This document shows, piece by piece, positions 1 to 10,276 of a stretch of DNA of 64,000 nucleotides. The notes beneath the pieces are model-generated. The model searched no databases, had not been told where the DNA came from, and saw nothing but the letters and a program-made list of their open reading frames with translations. Position 1 is the first letter of the stretch, and each line of letters starts with the position of its first letter. Source of the DNA: a bacterium (GTDB lineage Bacteria > SM23-31); NCBI GenBank assembly GCA_965249485.1, contig OZ252239.1:2281047-2345046 (forward strand). Reading direction: 5' to 3'. Position numbers and translations under genes: made by a program.

Positions 1-191
1 GTATTTCCCTGACAGAAAGTTTTGCTATGAACCCCGCCGCTTCAGTATGCGGGCTTTACTGTGCACATCCCGAGGCAGAATATTTTTCTCTCGGAAAGAT
101 CGGAAAAGACCAAATTGAAGACTATCAAAAGAGGAAGAATATCCCCTTAAGCGAAATAGAGTTCTGGTTGGGGCACAATTTGAATTATTAA
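1..191 (+). CDS. metH: B12-dependent methionine synthase, C-terminal activation domain (5' truncated by window edge)
   Basis: Frame starting at base 3 reads ISLTESFAMNPAASVCGLYCAHPEAEYFSLGKIGKDQIEDYQKRK...WLGHNLNY*, matching the MetH C-terminus; TAA at 189-191. Confidence 0.9.
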   Translation, partial: ISLTESFAMNPAASVCGLYCAHPEAEYFSLGKIGKDQIEDYQKRKNIPLSEIEFWLGHNLNY

Positions 192-285
192 TTTGTTACA
201 GTATTTGATGTCTGCTGATTCTGAATGTGAAATGCCCCGGAAATCTCAATTTATTAGACAAATCAATATAAGGTTATATAGAAAC

Positions 286-1029
286 GTGATAAAACTCAGA
301 AAATCAAATGAGCGTGGTCATACTGATCTGGGATGGCTTGACAGCTACCATACTTTTTCGTTTTCATCGTATCATGATCGAAATAATATGGGATTTAGGT
401 CTCTAAGGGTATTCAATGATGACCGTGTGCAGCCGGGACAAGGATTTGGAACACATGCCCATGACAATATGGAAATTGTTTCTCTAGTCATCGAAGGAGC
501 GCTTGAACACAAAGACAGTATGGGTAATGGATCTGTCATCCGGAAAGGTGAAATTCAGAGAATGACCGCTGGCACTGGAGTGACACATAGCGAATATAAT
601 AACTCTGATACGGAGGTAGCCCATTTTCTGCAGATATGGATTATTCCGGAGAAAAAAGGGCTGCAACCTGGTTATGAACAAAACTATTATAGTGATTTAG
701 TACAGCCGAATAATCTTCTTCTCATAGCATCACCTGATGCCATGGGGCAATCGCTTAAGATTCATCAGGATGTCAAAATCTATACTTCTATACTTGAAAA
801 GGATAATTCGATTAATCATGATATTGACTTGAATCGCCATGTGTGGCTTCACACAATAAAAGGCAACCTCAATATTGATGGAGAGAATTTACTAACGGGT
901 GATAGCTGCGGTATAAGCGAGGAAGCACTGATCACAATTCATGCAAATGAAACGAGTGAGTTTTTATTATTTGATCTATTTATGACATATCGGTCGCGAT
1001 TTCTCGAATTAAGGTTCACATATACATGA
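286..1029 (+). CDS. Pirin family protein (YhhW-like)
   Basis: RGH...GWLDSYHTFSF, GFGTHAHDNMEI, MTAGTGVTHSE, FLQIWI motifs; probable GTG start at 286. Confidence 0.92.
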   Translation: MIKLRKSNERGHTDLGWLDSYHTFSFSSYHDRNNMGFRSLRVFNDDRVQPGQGFGTHAHDNMEIVSLVIEGALEHKDSMGNGSVIRKGEIQRMTAGTGVTHSEYNNSDTEVAHFLQIWIIPEKKGLQPGYEQNYYSDLVQPNNLLLIASPDAMGQSLKIHQDVKIYTSILEKDNSINHDIDLNRHVWLHTIKGNLNIDGENLLTGDSCGISEEALITIHANETSEFLLFDLFMTYRSRFLELRFTYT

Positions 1030-1036
1030 ATTTTTA

Positions 1037-2530
1037 TTATTGTTCATATCCCGCCAGAATGTTTTCACACTCTAGCAAATATTCATCTACAAGGGCAGTC
1101 GGTATGTTGTAACCGAATGCGAGCATTTCAACCCACTCCCGTTGCAAAGCTTTAAATTCTTTTAAGTATACATTGCTAAAAATAGTGAGCTGCTCCATTG
1201 AGGATTGGGTCCCGGTTAATCCCGCATACAGTTTTTGGAATCTGTCAAGACTGTACGAAGTGAAAAGAAATTTCAAAAATGATCCGGAAATCAGCGAAAG
1301 ATTGTCATTATTGTAAGGTGAATTAGCAAGTTCGAATATTCGTGAAATCGGAACCACCTGATTTTTCACAAACAGTTCTGCGGATAAAGCATCTATATCT
1401 GTACCGGGTCCGTCTGTGGCAAAATGTCCAACCATCATTCCAGTTGCCTGTTCGATTGGTTGCGGAGCATTACCTCATGCCTTCCGGATTACCGGTAAAG
1501 CTATTTTATCTACAGTGTGAAAATATTCATTCTGAATTGGATGATTATAGTGATTTTGGAGTGAATATACATTGTAGATTTCTGTATTATTTGTGTATTC
1601 GTCTTTTGTAATTCCTGTAAAAAAGCGAAGTGAAGTAAAATCAGGAAAATAAGTAGTTTCGGATGTTAACGATTCTGTTTCTTCAGTAAGATGGAGAAAC
1701 TGTTCAACAAAAAGCAAGGCTTTCTCTTCCAGTTCGGCAACATAGGTCATTAAATCCTCATTGAGCACACCGGGAAGATATCTCTTTTTAAAATGTTCAC
1801 TTTGTACACTTTCAAGTCCACTTTTGATTCTCAATTTCCTTGTAAGAGGCAATTCTACAGGAGAAATAGAAAATAACTGGTCTAATGCATTTCCAAAAAT
1901 ATCAAGATTATAACCGCCTTCGTGGAGAAGTCCTTGAGCTTCAGTGAATGAGATTGAATATACCGGAATAGTTATTTCCGGACGTGTGGGGGGGAGTACA
2001 ATAAACGGTTCAAACCATCCGGGAGAATAAGGCATCCCGAATAGAATGACAGCCGCTGCACCACGGAGTTCAGCTTCATAGATGCGAATATGGAGATCAC
2101 TTACTTCTCCATAACGCTGCTTGAAGTCGGAAGGATAGTTATAGACAATTAATGGTATCCTTCCCTGTAAATTATAGTCACCATATGCGTTATATTCTCT
2201 ATCTTTGCAAACAATACCATTCCCGCTAAAAACTAATCGTCCCCCCACTTCAAAGTCCCGTGAAAAATCGTATATCCCGGTTGGTTTTTGGTTTACAATG
2301 ACAGGAGTAAACGGAATAGCGTATTGAGATCCGTCAGGGTAAAGAACGGAAAGGGACGCATATGGAAGAACGGTTTCTCTACTGTGATAAAATGAGTTTT
2401 GAGGAACTTGAGCAGCAGCAGAATAAAATGAGGCGAATAAAATTAATATAATGAAATTTGAACGGAAATTAACTTTAATAATCCGGTTCATGACGAATGT
2501 ATCCCTGTTGCAACTCGGACCAATATACAA
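1037..2530 (-). pseudogene. Exported PA-domain protein with a peptidase-MA-like C-terminal region, interrupted by one in-frame TGA at 1475-1477
   Basis: ORFs 1475-2530 and 1037-1438 share a frame: ...IRKA-TGA-GNAPQPIEQATGMMVGHF...; PA-domain motifs LVFSGNGI, YNAY, EAELRGAAAVILF; signal-peptide-like N-terminus. Confidence 0.6.
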
Positions 2531-2659
2531 TATTATTCTCGAATCCTAAAGATAATTTTATTCTATCCGCTTCTGCATATTACAGAAGAACCGGATAATA
2601 TATAACGCATACTTTTATAAAGTAAAGAGACTAACTGTTGATACCATCGTATGCATGTA

Positions 2660-3342
2660 TTATTGCTGAACAACACGTACTTTTATAATGTAAATATTGT
2701 CAACAGGCCTGTCTCCCTGATCTCTGGAAGCAGTGGCAATTTTATCGACAACAGCAAGACCATCAAGCACTTCGCCGAATACCGAATACTGTCCATCAAG
2801 AAAAGGACTATCATCGTGCACAATAAAGAATTGACTGCTTGCACTATTAATATCATTACCCTTCCGCGCAGCTGAAACGATCCCCGAACATGGGATATTT
2901 CACTGAATTCGGCATCGACATAGTAACCTGGAGAACCTTTTCCGTCGTCGGACGGATTGTTATTCTTTGAGTTGATGTCACCACCCTGGATCATGAATCC
3001 CGGTTTCACCCTGTGAAACGTAGTCCAATCATAAAAGCCACTATTGGCAAGTTTTTTGAAATTAGCACTATGATTCGGGGCAACATCAGTAAAAAATCTG
3101 AATCGAATTGTACCGAGAGAAGTTTCTAAAACAGCAATTTCACCTCGTTCGACCGGATCTGCTTCAATGGTACGGAGCCGATTCTGCCATTCGGCAATTT
3201 GCTCTCTGGTCAGAATTTCAGGTTGCAGGTTATTTTCTTCAGCAGTCTCCTCTTCCGGTGTATCCTGGGCACTATCGCACATTTCGAAGAACAGACTAGT
3301 CCTCACGACAAGCAGAGCAAACGGTAGTGAATTGAAATACAT
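2660..3342 (-). pseudogene. Cyclophilin-type peptidyl-prolyl isomerase with a single-base frameshift at 2882-2885
   Basis: GFYDWTTFHRVKPGFMIQGGD in the first frame; after HVRG the conserved tail IVSAARKGNDINSASSQFFIVHDDSPFLDGQYSVFGEV continues in another frame to a stop at 2660-2662. Confidence 0.85.
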
Positions 3343-3372
3343 AATGATTTTCTCCCTTTGTTAATAACCTAT

Positions 3373-4701
3373 TTACAATATAGGCAAATATTTTTCGATC
3401 TCATGCGGTGTAACCTGCGATCTATACTCTTCCCATATAATCTTTTTGTTTCGGATAAACTGATCGAACATATGTTGGCCAAGCGTATCATGCATGAGAT
3501 CGCTTTTTTCAGTAAGCTGAATTGCCTCCCAAAGAGATTCCGGCAACGACTCAATTCCTGCTTTTTCCCGTTCATCTTCGGTCATTTCGTATATGTTGTT
3601 ATCTGTTACAGCAGGTATCGGCATCTTTTTCTCGATGCCGTCGAGCCCTGCACGGAGCATTACTGATAAAGCAAGGTACGGATTGCATGCAGGGTCGGGT
3701 GACCGTAATTCTATTCGCGTTGCTTGCTCTTTACCAGGTTTATACTTCGGAATCCTGACCATAGCCGACCGGTTCTGTTGTGCCCAAGATATATATACCG
3801 GAGCTTCAAACCCCGGAACGAGCCGTTTATAGGAATTGACCCACTGATTCGTTATTGACGTAAATGATTTGCTGTGGTGTAGAATACCGGCAACATACTG
3901 TTTACATGTTTCAGATAGATGGAATTGTTCATTATTATCGTGAAAAGCATTTTTATCGCCAGTAAATAACGATTGATGGGTGTGCATCCCCGAGCCATTT
4001 ACACCAAAAACCGGTTTCGGCATAAATGATGCATAATAACCCCGTAAATATGCAATCCTTTTCACAACGGTTTTATATGTCATGACCTGATCTGCCATTT
4101 GGAGTGCATCCCGGTATCGGAGATCAATTTCATGCTGACTTGGAGCCACTTCATGGTGGCTGTATTCAACACGGATACCCAAATCTTCCAGGCTTCTGAT
4201 CGTTTCTTTCCTAAGGTCAGTTCCGAGATCGAGTGGAAGTTGATCGAAATATCCCCCGGAATCGAGAGGGGTCGGATCCTTTTCGTTCGGGAAATAAAAG
4301 AATTCAAGTTCCGGACCGATGTAAAATTTGTCAAAACCCATCTGATTTGCTTTTTCAAGGTTTCGCTTCAGGCAGTAACGGGGATCTCCGACATACGGTG
4401 TTCCGTCTGGATTTAATATGTCACAAAACATCCTTGCGATTCTCATGCCGTCTGTCTGCCAGGGCAGTATATTGAATGTACTAGGATCGGGAATGGCGAT
4501 CATATCACTTTCCTGAATTCTTGTAAATCCTTCTATTGATGAACCGTCAAAACCCATTCCTTCAGATAGCGCGCTTTCGAGTTCATGAACAGTGATTGAA
4601 AAGCTTTTAAGAATGCCAAGAATATCGGTAAACCAAATATTGATAAACCGAATATTCTGCTCCTTTACAATTTTTATGACATCCTGTGATGAATAACTCA
4701 T
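3373..4701 (-). CDS. glnA: Glutamine synthetase type I (canonical copy)
   Basis: FDGSSIEGF, ESDM, HHEVAPSQHEI, FMPKP, NGSGMH, NSYKRLVPGFEAP, NRS, RIELRSPDP motifs. Confidence 0.92.
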   Translation of the reverse strand: MSYSSQDVIKIVKEQNIRFINIWFTDILGILKSFSITVHELESALSEGMGFDGSSIEGFTRIQESDMIAIPDPSTFNILPWQTDGMRIARMFCDILNPDGTPYVGDPRYCLKRNLEKANQMGFDKFYIGPELEFFYFPNEKDPTPLDSGGYFDQLPLDLGTDLRKETIRSLEDLGIRVEYSHHEVAPSQHEIDLRYRDALQMADQVMTYKTVVKRIAYLRGYYASFMPKPVFGVNGSGMHTHQSLFTGDKNAFHDNNEQFHLSETCKQYVAGILHHSKSFTSITNQWVNSYKRLVPGFEAPVYISWAQQNRSAMVRIPKYKPGKEQATRIELRSPDPACNPYLALSVMLRAGLDGIEKKMPIPAVTDNNIYEMTEDEREKAGIESLPESLWEAIQLTEKSDLMHDTLGQHMFDQFIRNKKIIWEEYRSQVTPHEIEKYLPIL

Positions 4702-4788
4702 TAATAATCTCCTTTCAAATACATAATTAGTGTGTACTCTATTGGTTACCTTCAGAGCTGAAAAGCTATCGAAGTTGCGCTGAAATTA

Positions 4789-6117
4789 CTAATAATAGGT
4801 AAAATATTGTTCTATTTCCCACGGATGAATCTGAGCGATGTAGGTATTCCATTCCGCCTGTTTAGCACTCAGAAAATGTTTGTAAATATATTCTCCCAGA
4901 GCTGTTTGTATAACTTTATCCTTTTTCAAACTCATGAGGGCATCGTTTAAATCCTTTGGAAGTGAGTGAATTTTCAACCGGGCACGCTCCCGGTGACTTA
5001 AAGAAAAAACATCCTTATTAACTGGTTTACCCGGATTGCTTTTCCTTTTAATGCCATCAAGTCCTGCCTGTAGTAAAGCAGATAATGCAAGGTACGGATT
5101 GCAGGTGGGATCGGGCAGCCGTAGTTCTAATCTTGTATTTATTCCACGTTGGTCGGGAATCCGAATCAGTGGTGACACGTTATGTTCAGCCCATGATACA
5201 AATGTTGGCGCTTCTGTACCATGTACAAGTCTTTTATATGAATTAATGAGCGGATTCGTAACAACACAATAACCGCGGCCGTGCTCAAGCTGGCCACCCA
5301 TAAACCAATAAGCCGTTTCGCTCAACTTATGTTCATCGTCATTATCAGCAAATGCGTTTATTCCGTTTTTCTCCAAAATTTGATGAAAATGAAGTCCGTT
5401 TCCATATTGATTGAAAATCGGTTTTGGCATAAAGGTAGCATGTAATCCAAAATCTCCTGCAATTTTACGAACAACATATTTGCAGCTTGCAAGATGATCG
5501 GCGGCTGTTACAGCGTTTGCTTTGACAAAGTCAATTTCATGCTGACCCTGAGCAACTTCGTGATGTGATGATTCGACAGTGTAGTTCATTGTTTCAAGTG
5601 CTTTGACAATGTTTCTTCGTGTCGCTTCACCCTCATCGTCCGGTGTAAGATCGAAATAGCCAGCAGGATCATTGGTGATCAGGGTAGCCGATCCATCAGA
5701 TTTTTTCCTAAAGAGAAAGAATTCGAGCTCACTCGAAACAAAATACTCAAATCCTGTCTTGCGGCATTCATTGACCACCCGTTTCAAGGTCAAACGCGGA
5801 CACCCTTCAAATTCGCCGCCGTCAGGATAATAGATGTCGCAAAGAATGCTCGCGATTTTATTTTCTCCTTTATCTTCCGCCCATGGAAAAATGCGGAAGG
5901 TATCGTAATCCGGTACCAGGATCATATCAAGCTCTTTGGTCCGCGAAAAACCTTCTAATGACGAACCATCAAAGAGAACCTGACTGTCGAGTGCCTGGGA
6001 AAACCGTTGCTGAGGCACCTCGACATTTTTGATTTGTCCAAGTATGTCGGTAAATTGAAGACGCAGGAATTGAACCTGTTCTTCGGTTGCCCTTTTAAGT
6101 ATATCTGATTTAGTCAT
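4789..6117 (-). CDS. Glutamine synthetase type I paralogue (divergent)
   Basis: FDGSSLEGF, HHEVAQGQHEI, FMPKP, NSYKRL, RLELRLPDP; ATG at 6117 gives 442 aa; the NRS motif is replaced by NVS. Confidence 0.85.
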   Translation of the reverse strand: MTKSDILKRATEEQVQFLRLQFTDILGQIKNVEVPQQRFSQALDSQVLFDGSSLEGFSRTKELDMILVPDYDTFRIFPWAEDKGENKIASILCDIYYPDGGEFEGCPRLTLKRVVNECRKTGFEYFVSSELEFFLFRKKSDGSATLITNDPAGYFDLTPDDEGEATRRNIVKALETMNYTVESSHHEVAQGQHEIDFVKANAVTAADHLASCKYVVRKIAGDFGLHATFMPKPIFNQYGNGLHFHQILEKNGINAFADNDDEHKLSETAYWFMGGQLEHGRGYCVVTNPLINSYKRLVHGTEAPTFVSWAEHNVSPLIRIPDQRGINTRLELRLPDPTCNPYLALSALLQAGLDGIKRKSNPGKPVNKDVFSLSHRERARLKIHSLPKDLNDALMSLKKDKVIQTALGEYIYKHFLSAKQAEWNTYIAQIHPWEIEQYFTYY

Positions 6118-6142
6118 ATCACCCACGGTTAAATCGACAAAC

Positions 6143-6171
6143 AAAGTAACAATCTTAAATAATAATGTCAA
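6143..6171 (-). promoter_or_regulatory. Sigma70-type promoter for the glnA pair
   Basis: Minus strand TTGACA-N17-TACTTT. Confidence 0.65.
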
Positions 6172-6178
6172 TAATAAA

Positions 6179-6193
6179 ATGCAGTTACTGCAT
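6179..6193. promoter_or_regulatory. Perfect inverted repeat, candidate operator
   Basis: ATGCAGT-T-ACTGCAT, just upstream of the glnA -35 element. Confidence 0.45.
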
Positions 6194-6352
6194 AAAATAA
6201 TAGGCAATATGTAATATTATTCAATTAATATTATGATAGATGAGAGTAAATATGCAATTTATACAAATAATAATTATCACATTGATTGGTATTTTTATTA
6301 GGAATTTGTGGGATTTAGCGAATTTCTCTTGATTTTGAGATGGGGTAATTGC

Positions 6353-6381
6353 TTGACTTTACTTTCTGAAATAAGTATATT
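6353..6381 (+). promoter_or_regulatory. Sigma70-type promoter for prfB
   Basis: TTGACT-N17-TATATT. Confidence 0.6.
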
Positions 6382-6461
6382 TGCAGCTTGATTATTTCAC
6401 TCAGAAACATTTGTTTTCTATAAAGTTATGAGTAATTGATCCGGATAACTTTGGAGGAGTT

Positions 6462-7560
6462 ATGGTAGATGATATAAGTGATGTATTGACCGGTTTTGCT
6501 GCAAGAACTGCTAAAATACGGGAGTATCTTTGACATAGATGATAAGGAGAGACAAATTGCTGAGCTAGAAGAAAAGAGTATAAAAGACAATTTTTGGTCA
6601 AATCAGGATTTAGCTCAGTCAATATTGAAATCGTTAAGTCTTTTGAAAGATACCGTTTCAAAGTATACTACAATCAATACTGAAGTAAAGGATTTAAAAG
6701 AGCTGCTTGAAATTACCCTGAAGGAAGAGGATGAACATTCGTTAGATGAAATTCGCTTGGAATTGAGTGGGCTGAATGAAAAAATTTCAAAGTTAGAATT
6801 AGATATAATGCTCGATGGTGAAGATGATTCAAAAAACGCAATTCTGACTATCCATCCTGGCGCAGGGGGGACAGAATCTCAGGATTGGGCAGAAATGCTG
6901 CTCCGAATGTATTTGCGCTGGCTCGAATCAAGAAATTATCAGGTGTCGGTATTAGACCGGCAGAGCGCTGAAGAAGCAGGAATTAAAAGCGCCACTATTG
7001 AAATAAAAGGCAGTTTTGCATACGGATACTCAAAAGCTGAAATAGGTGTACACAGGCTTGTGCGTTTATCCCCGTTCGATACGAATCATAGGAGGCACAC
7101 CTCATTTGCCTCCGTTTTTGTATATCCTGAAGTTGAAGACAATATTACAATAGAGATTGATCCAGGTGATCTTAGGATCGATACATTCAGGGCAAGCGGG
7201 GCAGGAGGCCAGCATGTTAATAAAACTGATTCTGCTATTCGGATCACTCATATTCCAACAGGAATTGTTGTGAATTGCCAAAATGAGCGATCTCAGCATA
7301 AAAATAAAGAAAATGCACTGAAGATACTAAAGGCGCGGTTGTATTCCTTGAAAAAACAGGAAGAGATGGAAAGACTTGACAAGCTTGAAAAGACCAAGAC
7401 CGACATTGCCTGGGGGAATCAGATTAGGTCATATACTATGCATCCTTACAGCCTTGTCAAGGACCATCGTACGAATGTCGAAGTGGGTGATGTGCAGTCG
7501 GTATTAGGCGGCGATCTGGACAAATTTGTAAATTCATATCTGCTCCAGACGAAAAGTTGA
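6462..7560 (+). CDS. prfB: Peptide chain release factor 2, translated via programmed +1 frameshift
   Basis: GGAGG RBS then ATG 6462; codon 23 is CTT followed by TGA C (6528-6534) with internal SD GGGAG; SPF and GGQ motifs in the +1 frame. Confidence 0.97.
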
Positions 7561-7590
7561 TAAACTGAACAGCTGAAGAGGAATATCAAT

Positions 7591-8694
7591 ATGGATACCA
7601 ATGCTGTAATTGACCTCGAAGCATTGCGCTGGAATGCTGTTCAGATACAAAATCATGTAAGTCCTGTTCCTGTTTGCGCAGTAATTAAAGCGGATGCATA
7701 TGGTCATGGTGCATACGAAATAGCACGAGAACTTATAAGTGTCGGTATTGAGCATTTTTGTGTGGCATTGGTTAAAGAAGGAGTTGATCTTAGAAAAAAA
7801 GGCATAAATAAGCCGATACTTGTATTGTCGCCTGCAGAATATGACCAGATCGAGTCTACTGTTCAGAACGGATTAGAATTGACGGTTACTTCATATGAGC
7901 AGGCTAAAGTTATATCTGAGCAAGTTAAAAAGCTTGGAAAAGAAATAGCTGTTCATATTTATATCGATACCGGAATGCAGCGAGGCGGTGTATATTGGCA
8001 GGATGCAAGAAAAGAAATTGGAAAAATTGTACAACGTAAAGGGTTGAATATCAAGGGTATATACACACACTGCGCAGCAGCAGACGAGATTGATTTGACA
8101 TTCACTTCTACCCAACTCAATCGATTTGATTTGGCAATTCAAGAGTGCAAAGGAACAATCCCGGCTGTGCATGCGGCGGGAAGCGGGGCACTGCTGCAGA
8201 TGCCGGAATCTTATTATACAATGGTCAGGCCGGGGATATCACTCTATGGATATTTTCCTTCGAAAGAGTGCAAGCAGACAGTTCAACTTAAACCAGTGAT
8301 GTCTGTGCAATCTACGGTTGCCGATGTGCGCTTGTATCACGCTCCGGAGGGTATTGGGTACTCGCTGTCCTACAAGGTGGATAAACCATCCCGTATTGCC
8401 TCCGTTCCTATCGGATACGATGATGGAGTTAACAGGTCGTTATCAAATAAAGGATCGGTACTAATCAGGGGAAAGCGATTTCCCATCGTGGGTATTATTG
8501 CAATGGATTGGATTATGGTTGACGTCGGTGACGATGCATCAGTGCATAGTGGTGACGAAGTAATTCTTCTTGGAAAACAAGGTGAACAGGAAATAACAAT
8601 TCATGAATGGTGTGAAATTGTGCACACTATTCCCTACGAGGTACTTTGTAATTTTACCGGACGACTGCAGAAGCAGTATATTAATGCGTCATAA
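7591..8694 (+). CDS. alr: Alanine racemase
   Basis: AVIKADAYGHG PLP-lysine motif, DTGMQRGG, VRPGISLYG, TIPYEV. Confidence 0.95.
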   Translation: MDTNAVIDLEALRWNAVQIQNHVSPVPVCAVIKADAYGHGAYEIARELISVGIEHFCVALVKEGVDLRKKGINKPILVLSPAEYDQIESTVQNGLELTVTSYEQAKVISEQVKKLGKEIAVHIYIDTGMQRGGVYWQDARKEIGKIVQRKGLNIKGIYTHCAAADEIDLTFTSTQLNRFDLAIQECKGTIPAVHAAGSGALLQMPESYYTMVRPGISLYGYFPSKECKQTVQLKPVMSVQSTVADVRLYHAPEGIGYSLSYKVDKPSRIASVPIGYDDGVNRSLSNKGSVLIRGKRFPIVGIIAMDWIMVDVGDDASVHSGDEVILLGKQGEQEITIHEWCEIVHTIPYEVLCNFTGRLQKQYINAS

Positions 8695-8750
8695 TATTTA
8701 TATGTCAGTAATAAATTAGAATATTGATTGTGAAGTAAAGGAGCAGTACT

Positions 8751-10262
8751 GTGGATTCAGAAACGACCTATGGTGGCGAATTACGGAATGTGAAGATAGA
8801 AAAACTTGAAAAGATCAAAAACCTTGGAATCGATCCATATCCGACAAAGTACGACCGGACTCATTATTCAAATGAAATCTTGGACGATCTCGAGCAGTTT
8901 GAAAAAGAGGGAACACAGGTTGCATTAGCAGGTAGAGTAATCGCATTTCGGAAAATGGGAAAAGCACTTTTCGGACATCTAAGAGATAGTGAAGGAAAAA
9001 TCCAGATATACGTGCGGAAGGACAGAATTCCTGAGCTACAGTTTAGCCTCATCGGATTGGTAGATATAGGAGATTTTATTGGTGTAAAAGGGACGATTTT
9101 TAAGACAAGGACAGGTGAAATAACAGTGCTGGTAGAAGATGTGCAGTTGTTGACGAAATCGCTGCTCCCGCTTCCTATTGTAAAGGAAGAAGAAGTAGAT
9201 GGAAAAATAGTTACACACGACGCATTTTCCGACAAAGAACTGCGGTACCGCCGCCGCTATCTTGATCTTGCCGTTAACCCGGAAGTAAAGAATGTTTTTG
9301 TCTCACGCGCCCAAATTATAACAGCTATGCGTCGATTTCTTGATGATAAGGGGTACATTGAAGTGGAAACCCCTGTGCTGCAGCCGATTTACGGTGGAGC
9401 AAATGCTCGTCCCTTCAAGACGTACCACAACACACTCGATATGAATCTTTTTCTTCGGATAGCAGATGAGCTCTATCTGAAACGGCTCATTGTTGGCGGA
9501 TTTGATGGTGTGTATGAAATTTCAAAAGATTTTCGTAATGAGGGAATAGATAGGTACCATAATCCTGAATTTACAATGATGGAGCTTTATGTCGCATATA
9601 AAAATTATGACTTTATGATGGAGCTTATCGAGACGATGGTCGCATATATTGTACAGGAGGTTAATGGAACGACCGAGCTGACATATCAGGGACAAAAAAT
9701 TGATTTTGCCCCGCCATGGGAGCGTATCAGTATGGTCGATGCCGTGACGCGGTATACCGGGTATGATGTTCACAATGCGGACGTAAAAAAGCTTAAAGAA
9801 ATAGCTGATGAACTCGAAATTAAAACGGAGAAGTTCTGGGGGCCAGGTAAATATATTGAAGAGATATTCGGTGCCTATGTTGAACATAAAATTGTGAAAC
9901 CGACATATATCATTGATTATCCGAGCGAGACATCGCCGCTTGCAAAGAAAAGCCCGAGTGATGAAAACATTGTTGAACGGTTTGAAGCAATTGTTGCCGG
10001 GTTTGAATTGTCAAATGGCTATTCAGAGTTAAATGATCCACAGGACCAAAAGCAGCGTTTTCTCGACCAGATGGAACAGAGAAAACTTGAAGACGAAGAA
10101 GCGCAGGTTATCGATGAAGACTATGTAATGGCTCTTGAGTATGGAATGCCTCCGACAGGCGGTGTCGGAGTTGGCGTTGACCGTTTAACAATGCTGATTA
10201 CTAATACAACATCTATCAAAGATGTTATTCTCTTTCCTCAAATGAAATCGAGAGATGAATAA
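8751..10262 (+). CDS. lysS: Lysyl-tRNA synthetase class II
   Basis: RYRRRYLDL, GGANARPF, FRNEGID, HNPEFTMME, GMPPTGG. Confidence 0.97.
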   Translation: MDSETTYGGELRNVKIEKLEKIKNLGIDPYPTKYDRTHYSNEILDDLEQFEKEGTQVALAGRVIAFRKMGKALFGHLRDSEGKIQIYVRKDRIPELQFSLIGLVDIGDFIGVKGTIFKTRTGEITVLVEDVQLLTKSLLPLPIVKEEEVDGKIVTHDAFSDKELRYRRRYLDLAVNPEVKNVFVSRAQIITAMRRFLDDKGYIEVETPVLQPIYGGANARPFKTYHNTLDMNLFLRIADELYLKRLIVGGFDGVYEISKDFRNEGIDRYHNPEFTMMELYVAYKNYDFMMELIETMVAYIVQEVNGTTELTYQGQKIDFAPPWERISMVDAVTRYTGYDVHNADVKKLKEIADELEIKTEKFWGPGKYIEEIFGAYVEHKIVKPTYIIDYPSETSPLAKKSPSDENIVERFEAIVAGFELSNGYSELNDPQDQKQRFLDQMEQRKLEDEEAQVIDEDYVMALEYGMPPTGGVGVGVDRLTMLITNTTSIKDVILFPQMKSRDE

Positions 10263-10276
10263 GGCTTTTTCTCATC

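Noticed and set aside
975-1029. Extra C-terminal tail on the pirin after FDL
   Set aside because: Could be a one-base slip or neutral stop drift; no evidence of function
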